Positions 61,393-64,000 of a stretch of 64,000 nucleotides of DNA are shown here, piece after piece (position 1 is the stretch's first letter; every line of letters starts with the position of its first letter). Source of the stretch: a virus (taxonomy: Duplodnaviria; Heunggongvirae; Uroviricota; Caudoviricetes); the IMG/VR virus record IMGVR_UViG_3300044712_000123; one strand, 5' to 3'. The notes below the pieces were generated by a model that saw only the letters and a program-made list of their open reading frames with translations, did no database searches and was not told the DNA's origin. The translations under genes were made by a program, and so were the position numbers.

Positions 61393-61980
61393 ATGACAGA
61401 AGAAATTAAAGACGTTAACGCTAAGATTGACGCAGCCGAAGAAGCAGTTAAGAAGTATGCTAGTAAAGACACCGTGATTAGCATTGGTGGGTATGAATTT
61501 ACTCCAGCCAAACTAATGGTTGCATTCACATTAGCAAGTTCGTTGCTTGGTGGATTGTACGGTTGTTTTGAGGTCTACAAGGACTATCAATCGATGAAGA
61601 AAAAGATTGCCGAATACTCAGCACCTGACTTGAGTGAGTTTGATAAGCGTTTGGCCATCATCGAAGAAACTAATCAGAAGACCGGTGATTACACACGTGA
61701 TATCAAGAACGATTTGAAGAACGATATTCGCCGTAATGAGTCAGTCACTGAGCAAGTTGAACGCAGTGTAAAGACTGCCCAACGTGAGACTGAACAAGAA
61801 ATGCGCCAAGCACGTAAAGATGTCCGAGAAGATTTAGACAAAGCGCGTTCCGAAGTCAACGCAATTCGTAAAGAAATGGCAGACGCTCGTAGAGAAATTT
61901 CACGTGAAGTGGAAGTACTAAAGAGAGAAGTTGACCATAAAATTCAGAAAGCTATTGACAATCCACTTGCAAACAAGTAA
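61393..61980 (+). CDS. Membrane-anchored coiled-coil protein
   Basis: AGGAG RBS, TM helix, long heptad region. Confidence 0.8.
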   Translation: MTEEIKDVNAKIDAAEEAVKKYASKDTVISIGGYEFTPAKLMVAFTLASSLLGGLYGCFEVYKDYQSMKKKIAEYSAPDLSEFDKRLAIIEETNQKTGDYTRDIKNDLKNDIRRNESVTEQVERSVKTAQRETEQEMRQARKDVREDLDKARSEVNAIRKEMADARREISREVEVLKREVDHKIQKAIDNPLANK

Positions 61981-61989
61981 AATGATTGA

Positions 61990-62541
61990 ATGAAAACAGA
62001 CGATTTAAAGAAAATGCCCCATCTGTACTTAGATATGGATGGGGTCCAAGCCGATTTCTTCGGTGCTTGGGCAGACAAACATAATGTCTCACATTGGAAA
62101 GCTATCCAAGACAAAGAAGGTGAGATTGAAGAATTAGCAAACAGTACACCAGAACAAGTGTATGGTTTCTTTCGCAACTTGCGATTACTCAATGGTGGTA
62201 AAGAAATCATCGATTGGATTCAAAAACATAATATTCCCTATACAGTACTATCAGCACCCTTACGTGGACCCTATGCTGACGATAGCAAACGAGGCAAGCG
62301 TGATTGGTTAGATGAACATCACCCTGGTTCCAGTGAATCTGCTATCTTTACTAGTCAAAAGCAGAAGTATGCAGTCACTGATGGTGTTGCAAACGTATTA
62401 GTTGACGACTTCGGTCCATACATTCAAAAATGGATTGATGCCGGTGGCATTCCAGTTAAGCATGAAGATGAATCGGAAGTACCAAATGCTGCCCAAGATA
62501 CGATTGACAAACTAGAAAAGATTTATGCACCGTATCTATGA
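61990..62541 (+). CDS. HAD-family 5'-nucleotidase-like protein
   Basis: LYLDMDGVQADF, LS, K..W, LVDD. Confidence 0.85.
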   Translation: MKTDDLKKMPHLYLDMDGVQADFFGAWADKHNVSHWKAIQDKEGEIEELANSTPEQVYGFFRNLRLLNGGKEIIDWIQKHNIPYTVLSAPLRGPYADDSKRGKRDWLDEHHPGSSESAIFTSQKQKYAVTDGVANVLVDDFGPYIQKWIDAGGIPVKHEDESEVPNAAQDTIDKLEKIYAPYL

Positions 62542-63299
62542 AGAATCTGTATCTGATTAACTTCTTAGGTGGAACCGCTGGAAACTTTATTCAGCAGTTG
62601 TTAATTAGATTGATTACTAAAAGTAGTAGTGATATACAAATGAGCATAAACGGTGGGGCACATGTAGACTGTCTTTCGTTTGATATGCCAATGAAACATT
62701 CTTATCAAAACGTAATTAATATAGAACCTGTATACAGGTATTTTGATATTGATTTGTGTTTTCCATTTGATGATTATATTGCAGTAGATCACGTATCTCC
62801 TGATTGGGATGAACTGTTCATGTTGTACCCAACGTGTAAGAACATTGTAATTACTCTACCAGTGTCGATGGCTTTGAGAGTAGTGGGCAATTTATTCTTC
62901 AAATCAACTTGTATACAAGTCCTGGAACCAGAAAGCAATGTTCCTTGGCAACACATGCGTACTAATAATCCAATGTTGGCGCAATATGTGCGACCAGAAG
63001 ATGTACCAATAGAGCTATTAGAGAATGAATTTAGGGACTTTGCTAGTCAATATGATGATGTCATTATTACACCATATGATAATTCCCCTGTGCCAAACCA
63101 GTACAAAGATCAGATATGCTATATTTCTTACCATGATATAATTCACGACATGGATAAGGTACTTGGTCAATTAAAAGACTTTACTGGACTAGAGCTTCCG
63201 GATGGAATTCGAGATTCCTACCAGATGTACTTAGATGCACAGACAGAGCTAGTAAAAACAAAGATGCCGTGGGTTGACGATAAATATCCGTATGAGTAA
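62538..63299 (+). CDS. Hypothetical protein, possibly sulfotransferase-like
   Basis: INFLGGTAGNF..ISYHDI. Confidence 0.6.
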   Translation: MKNLYLINFLGGTAGNFIQQLLIRLITKSSSDIQMSINGGAHVDCLSFDMPMKHSYQNVINIEPVYRYFDIDLCFPFDDYIAVDHVSPDWDELFMLYPTCKNIVITLPVSMALRVVGNLFFKSTCIQVLEPESNVPWQHMRTNNPMLAQYVRPEDVPIELLENEFRDFASQYDDVIITPYDNSPVPNQYKDQICYISYHDIIHDMDKVLGQLKDFTGLELPDGIRDSYQMYLDAQTELVKTKMPWVDDKYPYE

Positions 63300-63474
63300 A
63301 CCAGGACAGAATAACAATCGCTATGAAGTAATCGTACAAGAAGATCCCGAGACAGGGGACTTGTTGATGCCTATTCCACCCGTCCTATTAAAACAAATGG
63401 GCTGGAAAGAAGGTGATGATATCGAGTTCGTTCTTGACGAAACCGGTAACTACATTTTAAAGAGAAAAGAATGA
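63292..63474 (+). CDS. AbrB/MazE-like protein
   Basis: GDLLMPIP..LLKQMGWKEGDDIEF. Confidence 0.7.
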   Translation: MSKPGQNNNRYEVIVQEDPETGDLLMPIPPVLLKQMGWKEGDDIEFVLDETGNYILKRKE

Positions 63475-63857
63475 GCTATACATACATAAATCCATGGGAT
63501 AACATGTCATCAGACCTGTCTACAGTTGGTACTAGTGTTACTGGCGCTGCTGGTCAAGTATATACTGTTTCTGGAACTAATGGAACGAGTGCTAGCTGGG
63601 CTACAATAGCTGACCCAAACTTATCAGGTGCTTCACTTCAAGTTAAAGGTAACGCTAACTTTGACGGTGACGTAACCATTAAGGGCAAGAGCATTAATGA
63701 TTCACTTGAACGAATTGAAGAACGACTAGCTATCCTTCGACCTAATGAAGAACTAGAAGCTAAATGGGAAAACTTGCGTGGTCTGCGCAAGATGTATATG
63801 GAACTCGAAGCTGAGATTATCGAGAAAGAAAAAGTCTGGGGAATCCTAAAGAAGTAA
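63471..63857 (+). CDS. Hypothetical protein
   Basis: IEERLAILRPN.ELE.KW..L. Confidence 0.75.
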   Translation: MSYTYINPWDNMSSDLSTVGTSVTGAAGQVYTVSGTNGTSASWATIADPNLSGASLQVKGNANFDGDVTIKGKSINDSLERIEERLAILRPNEELEAKWENLRGLRKMYMELEAEIIEKEKVWGILKK

Positions 63858-63934
63858 TACTTTAGTGATACTTGACAAAATATACGGATACATGTACAAT
63901 AGAGACTAAATTGACAACTACGGACAATTATCTA

Positions 63935-64000
63935 TGACCATGCATCTTGCACACCCTTCCCTGTCTATGGGCGGTAAGCGTAAAGGTAAAGTAAAGTTTC
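63935..64000 (+). CDS. 5' part of an ORF cut by window edge
   Basis: ATG after promoter 63873; MTMHLAHPSLSMGGKRK.. Confidence 0.5.

Noticed and set aside
29851-63000. Many antisense or alternate-frame ORFs (e.g. 30072, 30618, 35273, 36433, 42642, 43279, 52094, 58115, 58582)
   Set aside because: Shadow frames of better-supported genes; no RBS or motifs.
1-64000. rRNA genes, integrase, transposase, reverse transcriptase/DGR
   Set aside because: No matching motifs seen.

Overview
Window from a large lytic dsDNA bacteriophage (jumbo/T4-like myophage style; standard genetic code). The host is probably a proteobacterium, judged from metK, fdxA, rpoZ and pbpG-like genes and sigma70 promoters. Layout: (1) 1-7 kb: end of a probable virion gene, SleB-type cell-wall hydrolase, SAM synthetase and small genes. 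(2) 7.1-23 kb: a very large RNA-gene island with about 50 tRNAs covering all 20 amino acids, a GOLLD-like giant RNA, many tRNA-like or stem-bounded ncRNAs and a few inserted ORFs, headed by a leader-peptide attenuator. (3) 23-29 kb: cupin/2OG-oxygenase, sulfotransferase-like and SDR cluster. (4) 29-31 kb: a TROVE-like/vWA (DUF2828, Ro60-like) gene preceded by three structured RNAs. (5) 32-38 kb: RNAP omega, phosphatases, kinase, HD hydrolase and T4 Rnl1-like ligase. (6) 38-64 kb: dense small early genes and a few auxiliary genes. Best candidate new system: a family of at least 10 small RNAs sharing one module (6-7 bp stem + NNWCAGCAA + A-rich linkers). It appears as a carrier of anticodon stem-loops, as a carrier of circularly permuted tRNAs, and circularly permuted inside a tRNA-Arg and on a CCA minihelix. 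Three copies sit directly upstream of the Ro60-like gene. All structures were folded by eye; RNA coordinates may be off by 1-2 nt, and no database search was run.
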